DNA of 64,000 nt from Candidatus Marinacidobacterales bacterium (GTDB lineage: Bacteria; Acidobacteriota; Vicinamibacteria; Marinacidobacterales; DATDRI01), in the NCBI GenBank assembly GCA_965219415.1, contig CBDCNP010000002.1, forward strand, positions 4,608,001 through 4,672,000, read 5' to 3'. Below are positions 42,601-54,625 of this stretch, in pieces. Positions within the stretch are counted from its first letter, which is position 1; the number at the start of each line of letters is the position of its first letter. Made by a program: the position numbers and the translations under genes. The notes under the pieces were generated by a model. That model had not been told where the DNA came from and searched no databases. It saw only the letters and a program-made list of their open reading frames with translations.

Positions 42601-42746
42601 CGCCGTCGTGTCCAAAAACACAAACGAACTCAAAACCCGCACGCCGCCGATGTCATCATCAGTAAGGGGCGATGCCGTTCGCCGACTGATGGAGATCAAG
42701 AGCGAGCGTGGCCGCGGCCGCAGGTTGGCTTACAACGTGACCTGCC

Positions 42747-43260
42747 TCACAGCGTTGCGACGAGGGCACGCTGTTTCTCCCAATCGTCGGGGAGTGGATG
42801 ATGCAAGAGGTAGCTCGAGGTCAGCCCAACGGGCTGACGGCCTTCGACAATGGCACGGACGATGTCGGGAGCCAGGAATGCATAACGGATTGCCTTGCGC
42901 ACCCGGGCCGTTGGGATGGCGTCTTCGGTGGCAATCTCCTCATAGGTTTTGCCCGCTTTGATTCGGTCGAGCCAGGAGAGGGCATTGGCGATATTGCGCA
43001 GGAGTGTGCGGTCGACGGATTTCGTGGGGTTGCCCAGAACGAGCTTGGTCTCGACGCCGCGTCGACGCAAGCGGAACGGCGCGTGGATGCGGAGTGCGTC
43101 CTCGCGAATGCGGTCGGGCCCCATAGACAGGCAAGCAGCGAACGTATCTCGGTCGAGCAGGATAGACACAGAGCCGCGGCTGATATCGACCCGCCGGATG
43201 AGACGAAGCAGGCGAGCTGCCGAGACATTATCATCATGACTGCTATTACTACCGGGACAC
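42747..43260 (-). pseudogene. C-terminal fragment of large serine recombinase
   Basis: LRRRGVETKLVL...AFLAPDIVRAIVEGRQP...LPDDWEKQR. Confidence 0.75.
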
Positions 43261-43629
43261 AGCCCGTCTAGAACGTGACGCACCGAGGCGAGTTTCTGCA
43301 TCGTCGGAGTGTGGGCCAGCGAGGCCGAGAAGGTCGGTGCTCCCACATGCTGTTGGACGAGGTGCACGACGGTCCGTTCCAGCGTGGGTGCGGGCAGACG
43401 CCAACCGGAGAGGTCCTTGTTGCCACTGTGCTGGATGAGGCGCCGGGAGACGTAGTACCGGGGCCGTTGCCCGTTTTTCTTTTTGGTGTGGCTCGGCGTC
43501 AGCCGGTCCCCGGGGTCGGAAGCCAGTCCTGCGGCGCGAAATACCCTGGATTCTGCGCGGATTCCAAGGGCGTCTAAGCTGCTGATTTGCGGTCTATTTC
43601 AAAAGGGCCGAGTTTTGGCACAGGACGGG

Positions 43630-44137
43630 GTCGGGGACACGACCGAGTTCGTGATCGGCAGCGGCGGGAAGCTTTATCTCGCGGCGCTCCTCGACCTCTA
43701 CTCGCGATTCCTCGTTGGGTGGGCCGTAAGTGCTATTAACGACCGTCACCTGGTTATCAAGGCGTTGCGGATGGCACTGAAACGTCGCCAACCGGCCGCG
43801 GGGCTCTTGCATCACTCCGATCAGGGCAGTCCGTATGCCAGCAAAGACTACCAACGTCTCCTTGAGACGCATGGCATGACCGGGAGCATGAGCCGACGGG
43901 GCAACTGCTACGACAACGCCGTCATCGAGAGCTGGTTCTCCACGGTCAAGCACGAGCTTGGGGAGCATTTCCTCAGTTGCGGCGAGGCCAAGATGGCCCT
44001 CTTCGACTTCATCGAGGTATTCTACAACCAGAGACGACGACACTCGACCCTCGGCCAGGTCAGTCCGGCCGAGTTTGAACGACGGATGAGGACTTCGCCA
44101 GCTTAACTAAACCGTCTACGAAACCGGATCAAGCCCA
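43630..44137 (+). pseudogene. IS3 OrfB 3' fragment with right end
   Basis: HHSDQGSPY, NAVIESWF, RRHSTLG. Confidence 0.85.
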
Positions 44138-44700
44138 GGTTGGCGGCACAGAGAGGTGAGGCAAGGATCGGGTGCAAGATTCTCAACACCATGACGGCGC
44201 TCGGGATGCCTGATAGCGAGATGATCGGATGATGGGAGTCGGGGCCAAGCGAGCTCTCGGCCTCTATCGGAGTTGTGCACCAAAGCAGAAGCGATGGATG
44301 GCTCAGCATCATAAGGCGTTGATTGAGTGAGCGTGCGGGCACGGGCTTGCTCAAGCGAGTTGATGAGTTCGGCGAGCGTGCCGTAGTAGACTCGCCGTCC
44401 CTTCTGTGCTGCGGCGATCGCGAGGCTGATCGTGAGATGGGTCTTACCGACGCCGGGCGGTCCCAACAGAACGACGTTCTCCTCGCGCCCGACGAAACTG
44501 AATTCGTGGAGGGAGTCGATCTGCTCGTATTTGATCGACAGCTGGAACGAATCGAGCGTCTTCACCGCGGGTAGGTGCGACGAGCGCATCGCTGCCTGTA
44601 GCCGCCGGTTGTTATGCAGCGTGATCTGCGCTCCCAGAAGCCGCTCGATCGCCTCCTGCGTCGTGACCGCGCCGCCGTCGGCGTCGGAGAAGACACCGTC
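44138..44700. mobile_element. IS5-like 3' scrap followed by an IS21 istB ATPase fragment (minus strand)
   Basis: EARIGCKILNTMTALGMP (+ strand); LLGPPGVGKTHL (- strand). Confidence 0.7.
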
Positions 44701-45278
44701 GACTTGTGCTCCGCAAAAAGTCGATCCGGCGTTGATTGCGCGGTTTAGACTTGCTATGATCAGCTACTTTGCCGTCGTGTCCAAGAACACAAACGAACTC
44801 AAGACCTGCGGGCCGGGACGTTTCGGATTAGAGGTGTCTAAGCTTGGTTCGCCAACGGAAACTAGAATCCTCAGTCATAGGCATGCCGATCCAGCCCTTG
44901 ACATGGTCGGCGGTCGCCATCTCCGGTTGAATCCAGCGTGACCAACAGGCAGCTATCGTTTACTTGCTTGAGGAGAGCAGAATCCTCCAAGCTCGGCTTC
45001 GCGGGAGGAAGCTTCGCTCAAACTTGGCGGACCCTGGTTGAGGCCCAATTCGAGACAAGATAAGGGCATCAAGGAGGCTTAGGCGCACCTGGATCAGAAC
45101 GTGCTAGTCCGCGACGCCCCGGAAGTAGTTCTCACCAGGGCGATGTTCCGGAAGCGGCGTCGCTCAGATGGCGATTCGTAACGTTGCCAGTGGATAAAGT
45201 TTTGGCACGGGACGCGGTCCGCTTTTTGCCCAGCCGATCGGATCTGCTACCCTTCAATCACTCGGTCGAACAATCCCA

Positions 45279-47018
45279 ATGAACAACGCTGACGACAGAC
45301 CCAAAGTTGATCGGGATTGGATCGCCTTCGTTGTCGCGTGGCTTCCCTACTCGCTATTGACCTATAAATTTTGGCACAACGTCGACGACGCTTTCATCAG
45401 TTTCCGTTACGCGAAGAACTGGGCGATGGGATACGGTCTCCGCTACAACCTGGGGTTTCAGCCACCGGAAGAAGGATACAGCAACTTCCTGTGGGTCGCG
45501 GTGTGCGCGTTGGTCGAATATTTGGAACTTGACATCACTTTCTGGGCACCGATGCTCGGTTTCGCCTGTGGTTCTTTGCTCTTGTATCTGGTCTTTCGAA
45601 CGCTACGGCGAGATTTCGGGATGGGGCTCAGCGTGGCCTTTCCCATAACGCTGGGCCTGGGCCTTTTTCCACCCTATGCTTTGTGGTCGACGGGCGGTCT
45701 GGGTACCATGGCGTTCGCCTTTTCCACCTTCGCGACGGCCTACTTTCTTGTTCTACGCTCGGCTGGCATCGCGCCTTACCCCGGTGCGCTCGCCGGTGTG
45801 GCCATGGCGTTGTTGCGTACTGAAGGCATTGCCTGGGCTTTGCTCATTGCCCTACTGGGAATTGTCACCCGACGGATGAGAGGGGAATCGGTCTGGCGAC
45901 CGGTAGCCGTCTATGTGGCGATCGTGGGCACTACTTTTTCAGTCTATTTTGCGTGGCGATACTCCTATTACCAGCTTCTCTTTCCCAATCCGGTCTATGC
46001 CAAGGTTGGTTTCAGTCCCGAAGTCGCACTGCGAGGTTTCCGCTACGTGGCCTCATTCGCTCTCACATTTGTGACACCGCTTTTCTTGTTGCTGGCGGCT
46101 GGCTATGTAGCTTGTCGGGAAGCACCGAAACCGGTAGGGCTTGCCCTCGGAACCTTGAGCTTGGCATTTCCCGCCTACGCTGTGGTGGTCGGCGGGGATT
46201 GGATGGCCATGGGACGGTTTCTAGTTCCCGGTTTCGCCTTCGGAGCACTCTTGATGGGATGGTTGGTGGCTAGGCTGTGGGAACAGCTCTCATCGCGCCT
46301 TGTGGTCATGGCGGTAGTGATAACGACCATCACGGTGGGCCTCCTTCCCGCTTGGAACGTGCATCTGGTTCCCGAATCTGTGCGCCGCGCCTCTCGTTTT
46401 CGCTACAGCAGTTCCTTCCGCACTGAGTACGATTTATGGAGTACGGGAGTCGAGAACTTCCGCCTCCGGAAGGAGGCCGCGCTGACGCTCAAGCGGTATT
46501 TCGAGCCGGGAGACAGCGTCGTTTATACAGCGATCGGCGGGCTCGGATACTATTCTGGCCTACACATCTACGACCGTAACGGCCTAGTCGACCGCCACGT
46601 CGCGATGCGTGAGCCCAAACCTGTTCTCTCTCCCGGGCATGACGCAGAGGTCCCGCTGGACTTTTTTCTCTCCCACGAACCGACCATCCTGCGGTTCGCG
46701 AGAACGGTCGGGCCGCCACCGGATCGCGAGAATCCAGAGTATCCATTAGCGCAGCGCATTCGATTGAGAGCTGAGCGTTGGAGAGAATGGGGTCCTGGTC
46801 AGATCTGGCGACGCTACGCACCAGAGGTTCTACCGTTGAAGCCGTTGCCCGACGGTAGGCGTAACGTGCTCTTGGTTCTTCGATTGATCGAAGAATCTCC
46901 GCATATCGCTACACTCTCTCGTCCCGAGCGCATCGCCACGCGCAAGAGGCGTGCCAGAAGAGCTTGGGGCGACTTTTTTGCGGATTTGAATTCTCCCTTG
47001 ATAGCAGAAAACGACTGA
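45279..47018 (+). CDS. polytopic membrane protein, GT-C glycosyltransferase-like
   Basis: DDAFISFRYA.N...EGYSNFLW, many TM segments, GGDWM. Confidence 0.75.
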   Translation: MNNADDRPKVDRDWIAFVVAWLPYSLLTYKFWHNVDDAFISFRYAKNWAMGYGLRYNLGFQPPEEGYSNFLWVAVCALVEYLELDITFWAPMLGFACGSLLLYLVFRTLRRDFGMGLSVAFPITLGLGLFPPYALWSTGGLGTMAFAFSTFATAYFLVLRSAGIAPYPGALAGVAMALLRTEGIAWALLIALLGIVTRRMRGESVWRPVAVYVAIVGTTFSVYFAWRYSYYQLLFPNPVYAKVGFSPEVALRGFRYVASFALTFVTPLFLLLAAGYVACREAPKPVGLALGTLSLAFPAYAVVVGGDWMAMGRFLVPGFAFGALLMGWLVARLWEQLSSRLVVMAVVITTITVGLLPAWNVHLVPESVRRASRFRYSSSFRTEYDLWSTGVENFRLRKEAALTLKRYFEPGDSVVYTAIGGLGYYSGLHIYDRNGLVDRHVAMREPKPVLSPGHDAEVPLDFFLSHEPTILRFARTVGPPPDRENPEYPLAQRIRLRAERWREWGPGQIWRRYAPEVLPLKPLPDGRRNVLLVLRLIEESPHIATLSRPERIATRKRRARRAWGDFFADLNSPLIAEND

Positions 47019-47405
47019 TCTTAGCTATCAGCGGCTCGATGGAAGAGATAACCGCTGTAGCCCCGGCCTCGATTCTGGACCTCTCGGATGGCCTCTTTTC
47101 CATTGCTGCACGGCCCGGTCCGCGGCCCTCTCCCTCCTTTGGCGCAAACTTGTCCCTCGGAAATCGAGATTAGAGACAAAACCCGAAAATGAGGCCCGTT
47201 CAGCCCTTCTGGCGTGTCTCTGGTGCCTGTGCCTTCTATTTATTCATCCGCGCGCCCCGAACCTGATCGGTCTCCGATCTGCCGGGACTATGCCTGCATG
47301 ATTTCGTCGTTTGTTTGCGCTCGGCCCTGGGCACGGCCGCAAACACAGACTCTAAGTTGCTGATTTATGGCCTATTTCGAAAGGGCCGAGTTTTGGCACA
47401 GGACG

Positions 47406-48358
47406 AGGTCGGCGAAATCCTAAACGGCCGGTTGAAAGACGGGAAGGTCAAGTACGCTACGACCGCGACGAAGTCTCGCCCGCGGAACTGGAAGAGGTCG
47501 GCGTGGCTGCTCGCGCGGCGGTTCCCCGATAGGTGGGGGCCACGAGCAAAAAGAGAAGCTCACGAAGGAGAGGCTCGCGATAGACAACCCACCGTCATTT
47601 GCCTCCTACCGGATAATGGACGTGTGCGCCGAATGGGGGAGAATAAGACTGCGCAATTGCCAGGAAAGAGGCCAAGAGCGGACAATTCCGTGAATTTTAA
47701 GATTCCCCCAAACATGGCTGGACGGAAAACTAAACTCACCCCCGAGCGCCAAGAGAAGATCCTCAGGTGCGTTCGAGCAGGGATGAGCTATAAGGATGCA
47801 GCGCAGTCCGTTGGCATAACCCCAGAGACACTTTGCAGGTGGCTCGCACGTGGGAAGGTAGAGAGCGGCCTATTTCATGAATTTTACGAGTCCATCCGGA
47901 AGGCCCTGGTACACTTCGAATTGGTTCACCTCGAGAACATCGAGCGGAGCGCCCTCGGGGAGAGCAAGATTATCCAGCAGACGGTGAAATACAAGGGCGG
48001 CGAAATTCTAAACGGCCAGTTGAAAGACGGGAAGGTCAAGTACGCTACGATCGTGTCGAAGTTTAGCCCGCCGAAGGCGGAGGCTTCGATGTGGCTGCTC
48101 GCGCGGTCGTTCCCCGAGAGGTGGGGGCCACAAGCAAAAGGAGAAGCTCACGAAGGAAAGGCTCCCGATAGACAAGCCACTGTCATACTCTACAAACTGG
48201 ATAAAAATGGACGTGTATGCGACTTGGTGCTCCCCTCCGATCCTCACTTTAGTAGCGAAATGCTGAAATCACCCGATTTTCTGCGGAGAATTCGGAAGAT
48301 GCTATTGGCGGCGGGTCATCCAGTAGGCGAGTTCGGGCATCCGCGTCCGACTGCATAG
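47406..48358 (+). pseudogene. second tandem TerS-like gene, 5'-truncated by a MITE; second unit (47714-48358) intact
   Basis: Highly similar to ~29843-30759. Confidence 0.65.
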
Positions 48359-48411
48359 AGTCCGTGTCCGCCCCGCCTATCGCGGAGCACCCGTGGGGTG
48401 CTTCCGCCGGT

Positions 48412-49696
48412 TGTGCATCGTCAAAACTGCTCCGCCCACGAAATCAAGGACTTACGCTCCGCTTGAATTCCGGGCCGAAGACGGCGAAACTCCACCGCTA
48501 TGCTCGACGTTGTTGTCTTCCTCGTCTCACTTGGCGTCCGTGTCATTCGGGCGATGTGTCGGCGCCGCGCCGACCTGGTGTTGGAGAACGTCGCTTTGCG
48601 GCAGCAAGTGACGGCGCTGAAGAAAGAGCGCCCACGCCCACCGCTCGAAGACACGGAACGGGCTTTCTGGGTTGCTCTTCGAGCTTCGTGGCGCGTGTGG
48701 GCGAGCCGCCTGCTCATCGTCCACGCGGACACCGTGGCCCGTTGGCATCGCGACCGATTCCGACGGTACTGGGCAAAGATGTCGCAGCGCTGCCATCCCG
48801 GTCGGCCTCGGATTGATGCCGAGATTCGCCGCCTCGTCCGCACGATGGCGCAAGACGGCTGGGGGGCGCCACGCATCCATGCTGAGCTCACCAAGCTCGG
48901 TTTCATCATCTCCGAGATTACGGTGTCGCGATACCTGCCGCGGCATCCCGCGGAGCCCGACCAGCTGAAGCGATGGATGGCTTTCTTGCGCAACCATAAA
49001 GACGATATCGCCGCCATGGATCTGTTCACCGTGCCCACCGCTTCGCTCCGGCTGCTGTACGGCTTCTTCGTCATCGAGCACGGCCGTCGGCACATCGTTC
49101 ACTTCAACGCCACGTTCCACCCGACGTCTGCTTGGGTTATTCAGCAACTGCGTGAAGCGTTTCCCTACGACACCGCTCCGAAATATCTCATCTTCGATCG
49201 CGACTTCATCTTTAGCGCTGCGGTCATCGAGTTCATCAAAGCAACGGGCACAAAACCCGTTCGCACTTCGTTTCGCAGCCCATGGCAAAACGGAACCGCG
49301 GAGCGGTGGGTCGGCAGCTGCCGTCGCGAGCTCCTTGAGCACGTCGTGGTTCTCGGCGCATGTCATCTCATCCGGCTCGTGCGAGCTTACATCAGCTACT
49401 ATCACGAGGACCGTTGCCACTTGGGGCTGAACAAGGACACACCGAGCTTGAGAGCGGTCACGCACCGACCGTCTCCTACGGCGAAAGTAGTCGCACTGCC
49501 GCGAGTCGGTGGATTGCACCATCGATACGAGTGGCGAGAGGCAGCCTGAGTCAGCTTGGTTGCTCGCGTTACTCGGCTGGTCGCCGAGAAGTTCGTCCTC
49601 AGCACTTTCCCTCGCGCGCTGACCACGCTCTCCAGCATGTGCTCGAGGGCGGTCCGAGCCTAGAGTCCAGTCCCGGATAAATAATGATGATGGACA
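48412..49696 (+). mobile_element. rve/DDE 'integrase core' insertion sequence, copy 3 (CDS 48500-49549)
   Basis: Same TIRs and 349-aa ORF; inserted just after the first bases of an IS1-type end (GGTGCTTCCGCC). Confidence 0.88.
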
Positions 49697-49715
49697 AGAT
49701 GTTCTGAAATTTACT

Positions 49716-51000
49716 TCAAGCGATTACACTATTGCTCTCGTCGTAAACCCGACCATCCGACTCTATAACCATTGCCTCCGAGCCGTCGGGCCTGCGCTTC
49801 CAACTCAACGTGTAAGGCACTTCCTCACCGTCAATATATATACTTGCCGCTCCAGTGGCACCAGGCTCGATCCCCACAATCTTGATTACGTGTTTCTTGT
49901 CGCCAGTCGACGCCCGCACGCCACACACTGATGCCGCCATTATCATCCGTTCCACCAAGTACTTCAGTTGCGCAATTTCGCACCCCAGGCCATCCGCGCG
50001 GTCGCCTCCTGTGTGAACCGCCTGGCCCCGAATCCGAGACAGCCGCTTTACGACCTCAGTATCACCTTCATGCAATTTGACGCCGAACGCCTTTGCGAAC
50101 AACTCTAGTCTCGTTCGTATAGGCCACGTATTGTTCAGGAGCCGTCCCTTCAGCAAGTCCCTAACGACTCCCGCCTTATCTGTTTTGTCCTCGTCGTCGC
50201 CAATCTCGTCGATCGCTTTGAGAAGCGCCTTCTTGATGTCGACACGACGCTTGTCGAATATCGGAGGATATTCTATCGCGCAAAGCACAGCTTCGAGAGC
50301 CGTCCACACGGGCAATAATTGGTACTCATCCTCCAGCGTGCGGGCTGCTTCAGCCAGCCAATGCACCGCAGTCTGCACGGCCTTCGCTATTCTGTTTTCA
50401 CGAACACTCCGCGCGCTGGACTCCAATTGCTCAACGGCATCCCCGGATGTCGCCACTCGCTGGAAGTGGCGAAAAAATATTCGCAACCTCTCTTTCGCCG
50501 TCCGCAACTGCGCCTTATTGTCGACAAATGTCAGTGGCACTGAACGCACCCAACCCTTCAGCGTCTTGTCTTCACACAAAAGCAACCATGGTCGGGTGGA
50601 CACCGTCGTCATGGACTCTGCGGCGTCCCAATCTAGGCGCTCGCTGTCATGTAGTGTGTCCAAGTGGCTGGCTCCGGCTTGCAGAGCGAAGGTGATTAAG
50701 TCAGCAGCAAATCGTGCGCGTCGCAAGGCGTGCGCTTCCGCCTCTAATGGTGTACGTGTTACCACCGTGCCGTATACTTTGGGCACATTCACTGCCCACG
50801 ACTCCTCATCTACATCTTCCGTCAGTTTCCCTATCAATTTGTTGACTGGGTCCTTTCCGTCAGAGGACGTGAGCCCGAAGTCTGAATGACCGATCAATCG
50901 ATCGGTGTCATCATTGGACAACCCAATCAACGGAACGGCGTAACGGAATACCCGCTGAGTTGTGTCGGGTACATATCCGTGCACACTGGGATTTTGTCCG
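49716..51000 (-). pseudogene. Apea-like HEPN domain protein, 5'-truncated by IS ends
   Basis: WTALEAV helix and RGQAVH RxxxxH motif; the N-terminus of the called ORF is IS3/IS1 sequence. Confidence 0.6.
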
Positions 51001-51101
51001 CTGTGCGAGGTTTTCGTGCTCAGTAGGGCGCGCAACCCGGTCTCTTCTGCACCTGTACCACTGCCCGCAGCTGCGTAGCAACACTTGATGGCGGAAGCAC
51101 C

Positions 51102-51575
51102 TCGCTTGCTGGGCGAGCGCTTCATCTGAGCGTAGTAGCCGCTGGTCGATACCCTCAGGACTCGGCACATCACCTGCACCGGGTAGTTGGCCCGCTCCGC
51201 GTGAATGAAATTGAATCTCATTCGCTTTCTTTCGCGAAGAAGGCCGCCGCCTTTTTTAATATCTCTCGCTCTTGCTCCAACGTGCGCACTCGACGTCGTA
51301 GCGAACCCAGCTCATCATGTTCCGCCGTCGTCAGAGCCTCGCGTGGACCTTCACCGTGATCAACTTTGTATTGTTTCACCCAGTTTCGAAGGGCCGATTC
51401 CGTCAGGTCCAGTTCCTTAGCGACCTGGCCGATGCTGCGTTCGCCCTCCCTGAACAGCCGGACCGCTTCCTTCTTGAACTCCCCCGTGAACTTCCTGCGT
51501 CGTCGCTTTCCCATGGACGCCTCCAGGCGCGTTGTCGCGCCTCGGTTGGTGTCCACAAAACCCGGGCAGGGTCAA
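51102..51575 (-). mobile_element. IS3 left part (orfA 51218-51514 and start of orfB) truncated by an IS1 right end (~51005-51101)
   Basis: RRKFTGEFKKEAV...ILKKAAAFFAKE; MRFNFIHAER. Confidence 0.85.
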
Positions 51576-51595
51576 GGAGCCTCCTTGGTGTCCAG

Positions 51596-54229
51596 TCAGG
51601 ATTGACTCTCGATAACAGCGACCATTTGCTGAGGCCGTTGTTCGAGCACAATCTCAAGATCCGTTTGAGCTTCTAGGTTCTGAATCAGAAGGTCGATCTG
51701 CGTCGTGCTATAGGCGGAGTTGTGAAGTAGCACCTCGTAAGGTTCCGTAGCGCTCCCAGAGGTTTCGTCGACAACGGGCATCCCCAAGTGATCTGCCAAC
51801 ATCTCGGTTAGATCCTCAGCGTCCACGACCGAATCACCACCACCACCTCGATCCTCGTTCTTCGCATGCGTAAACACGTGGAGGACCCGTGCCCCGTCCC
51901 ATACGTCATCGAGCGGAATGGTTCCGATTGTGCCTCTCAAGACAAGCGTCTTTGTCGGCTCAGAGGTTGCTTCGAAACCGATGCTTAGGTCGAACTTCTC
52001 CTTCAGGATATCCCCTAGCTCAGCCAAGAGTTCTAGGCGAGGAGCACCCTCTCGCATTATGATGTCCGTCTCGATCAAGATACGCTCGGCAGTTTCCTCG
52101 AAGCGAACGGTGTGAGGTGGAAAACCGATATTATAGAGAACGTCAAGAAGGTTGTTGCAACCGCCGCACGAGCCCCTGTACATAGGGCGACCGTCCTGCC
52201 ACAGAATGATCATCTGGTCCGGCGCACTCGGTATGGCCCGGGCCTGACGGGGGCTACCGGTGCGATAGAAGAGCATCCGCTCCGGCGGATGAGGGGGCGG
52301 AAGAAGATCGAGGTTCTGACCGTCTTCCAGCCGATAGACCTCCGAAAATCTTCGATCTAGCTCTTCCTCACTTCCCGCAGCGCGGGTCGCGACCTGGAGG
52401 CCTTGCGTCGAAAGGCGCAGGTCGAGCATTGCGTATACTCGGACCGGCAAGCCATCATCCAGCAGGACCGGCTCGAAGCGGAAGGTCTCAACATATGGAA
52501 GCAACTCCGCTGGTGGCGGCACCGTCGGGCCGTCGGGCCAGTCGGGGGGTGGATCTGGCTCTGCGGATTCGACGTTCCCGCTCCCATCTATCGTGAGAAA
52601 GAAGGACCAGATGAACTCCTCGTCGGTAGCCTCAAGGACCGGCAGATCACCCTTCTCGAGAATCTTGATGTACCTTGGCCTTTCCCAAGTCAGCGGAGTG
52701 TCTGAATCAGGAACGACGTTGGAAACCTCTACGACCTCGTCGCCGATGAGCGGCTGGCCAGCATCATAGAGTGACCTCCGCTCCGGTTTAGGATTAATGA
52801 GGTAATCGACCTCCATCTCTACCATGACGGGACCACGATCATAGTGAACCGTCGGTTCGAAACGAGCGGCGTTCAAAACATCCAGAAAAGGTTTTTGAAG
52901 GTCCCCGGCCACCTCTTCTGAGCAGCGAACACCTACGACGTGGCCTTGTGGATTGACGAAAAACCGGCAGCTCAAGCGTCCCAGCTCTTTGAGCCTGTCG
53001 AACAGTCGTGGGTCTTCAGCTGCCAGCCTGTCCGCGTCTGGTTTCCACGGCGTCATCGATTCCCCGAGTGTGAAATCTCCGGTTAACCTGATTCTCTCAG
53101 AGCCCTCCAGTTCATCTATCGACTCAGCAAAAAAGGCGTCACGCGACCACATCGTGGCATAGATCCGTGACTCTGACTCCAGCTGCCCCTCCGTGGGTGA
53201 ACCAGCCTCCATAGACAGAGCGACGCCAAGGCCGACACCAAGAATGAGCCCGGACAACGGCAAGAACCCCAGCTTGGGATTGGGGTTGTATTTGGGTTGC
53301 AACATGCGTTGGAGACGTCTTGCTAGCGGTCGTTTGGCCGTCACCATCCGAAGCACCGGAGCCAAGATGCTCGGAGGCTGTTCCTCGACCAAACGCAAAA
53401 GACTCCTCATGTAGAGGCTCTTCTTTCCACCAAGACGCTGAACCACGGCGTCGTCACAAGCCTTCTCTCGCTCTTCGCGAAGACAGCGATTCACCCACCA
53501 AACAGCTGGATGGAAAAAGTAGAAGATCTGAAGAAGGTTCCCGAGTGCGCGCGCCATCGGGTCCCACCGTTTGAGGTGGACCATCTCATGGAGCAATACC
53601 GAATCAAGTTCTTCGCAATGCCAGTTTCGAACGAGGGCCGCCGGCAGGAGCAAGCGGGGCCTCAGGAAACCTTGAATCGCGGGTCCCCCCAGCACATCGT
53701 CCTCAACGACCCAGGCGCTCACACCTCGCCGTATACCGACCTCATGCCGGATAGCTTCGATTCGCTCGTGAAGCTTCGGCGGTAGAGGCGCCATCGCTGA
53801 CCGGACACGCCTTCGGCGTCGAACGCTTCGAGCCAAGTGAATCCCTACAAGAAAGATCACGATGCCAGCCCAGGCGGTAAAAACCGTGAGGGGAGTGGAC
53901 GCGCCCGTAGATGATTTCGGGGTTGAGCTGGTAATGGTTTCTTGGGAAGGGGACGTCCCGGGAGACGCTTTCGGCGCTGAGCGTATCCCACCGTGGGAAT
54001 CCACGACTCCCGTTGGTGAGGTGGATGGCGGCAGGACTCCGAACGGGGACGTTATGCCCGCGGGGAGCGCTAGACGCAAAAGAACTATCAGCCAAACCAG
54101 GTAACGCACCCTCGGGGTTAACGGCCGTAGCACGGCAAGCAGCAATGCCACGACGCCGACGAGCACCGTGAACTGAAGGCTTACGGAGAGCATCCCGTCG
54201 AGCCACTGGCTTGCCACCTCCGCGCTCAT
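51596..54229 (-). CDS. BlaR1/M56 metallopeptidase fused to TonB-C-like and TIGR03435-like domains
   Basis: VLLHEMVH HExxH, FFHPAVWW, EKACDDAV; RFEP TonB-C-like motifs; VVDETS. Confidence 0.85.
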   Translation of the reverse strand: MSAEVASQWLDGMLSVSLQFTVLVGVVALLLAVLRPLTPRVRYLVWLIVLLRLALPAGITSPFGVLPPSTSPTGVVDSHGGIRSAPKASPGTSPSQETITSSTPKSSTGASTPLTVFTAWAGIVIFLVGIHLARSVRRRRRVRSAMAPLPPKLHERIEAIRHEVGIRRGVSAWVVEDDVLGGPAIQGFLRPRLLLPAALVRNWHCEELDSVLLHEMVHLKRWDPMARALGNLLQIFYFFHPAVWWVNRCLREEREKACDDAVVQRLGGKKSLYMRSLLRLVEEQPPSILAPVLRMVTAKRPLARRLQRMLQPKYNPNPKLGFLPLSGLILGVGLGVALSMEAGSPTEGQLESESRIYATMWSRDAFFAESIDELEGSERIRLTGDFTLGESMTPWKPDADRLAAEDPRLFDRLKELGRLSCRFFVNPQGHVVGVRCSEEVAGDLQKPFLDVLNAARFEPTVHYDRGPVMVEMEVDYLINPKPERRSLYDAGQPLIGDEVVEVSNVVPDSDTPLTWERPRYIKILEKGDLPVLEATDEEFIWSFFLTIDGSGNVESAEPDPPPDWPDGPTVPPPAELLPYVETFRFEPVLLDDGLPVRVYAMLDLRLSTQGLQVATRAAGSEEELDRRFSEVYRLEDGQNLDLLPPPHPPERMLFYRTGSPRQARAIPSAPDQMIILWQDGRPMYRGSCGGCNNLLDVLYNIGFPPHTVRFEETAERILIETDIIMREGAPRLELLAELGDILKEKFDLSIGFEATSEPTKTLVLRGTIGTIPLDDVWDGARVLHVFTHAKNEDRGGGGDSVVDAEDLTEMLADHLGMPVVDETSGSATEPYEVLLHNSAYSTTQIDLLIQNLEAQTDLEIVLEQRPQQMVAVIESQS

Positions 54230-54618
54230 AAGTTTTCCTCTTTTTCCAGCTGATGACGGAAAAAGCGAACCTCTTCTTCGCTGAGGTCGTCGCGCTCCGC
54301 GAGGTGGAGATAGACAGGAGTGACAGAACGTTCGAGCACATTGTCGACGAACTCCGCAACGGCTTCAGAGAATGCACGTTGACGTCTGACCGCGGGTGTG
54401 TAGACGCTCAAGCGGTCTAGCTTCCCCAAACGCAGAAACCCCTTCGCAGCAATACGGTCGAGAAGGGTTCTTATCGTCCGATAGTCTCGCCGGCCGTCCG
54501 ACGCCTCGTAAACCTGCCGCGCGGTTGCTCGTCCCAATCTCCAACACAGCAGCATGACCGTCCACTCGGTCTTGGAAAGTGGACGTCGGGGTTTCGAATG
54601 TTTCTTTCTCTTTTTCAT
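54226..54618 (-). CDS. BlaI/MecI/CopY family repressor
   Basis: LSKTEWTVM..W, YRTIRTLLDRIAAKGFL; overlaps the M56 gene. Confidence 0.9.
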   Translation of the reverse strand: MKKRKKHSKPRRPLSKTEWTVMLLCWRLGRATARQVYEASDGRRDYRTIRTLLDRIAAKGFLRLGKLDRLSVYTPAVRRQRAFSEAVAEFVDNVLERSVTPVYLHLAERDDLSEEEVRFFRHQLEKEENL

Positions 54619-54625
54619 GTGGACA

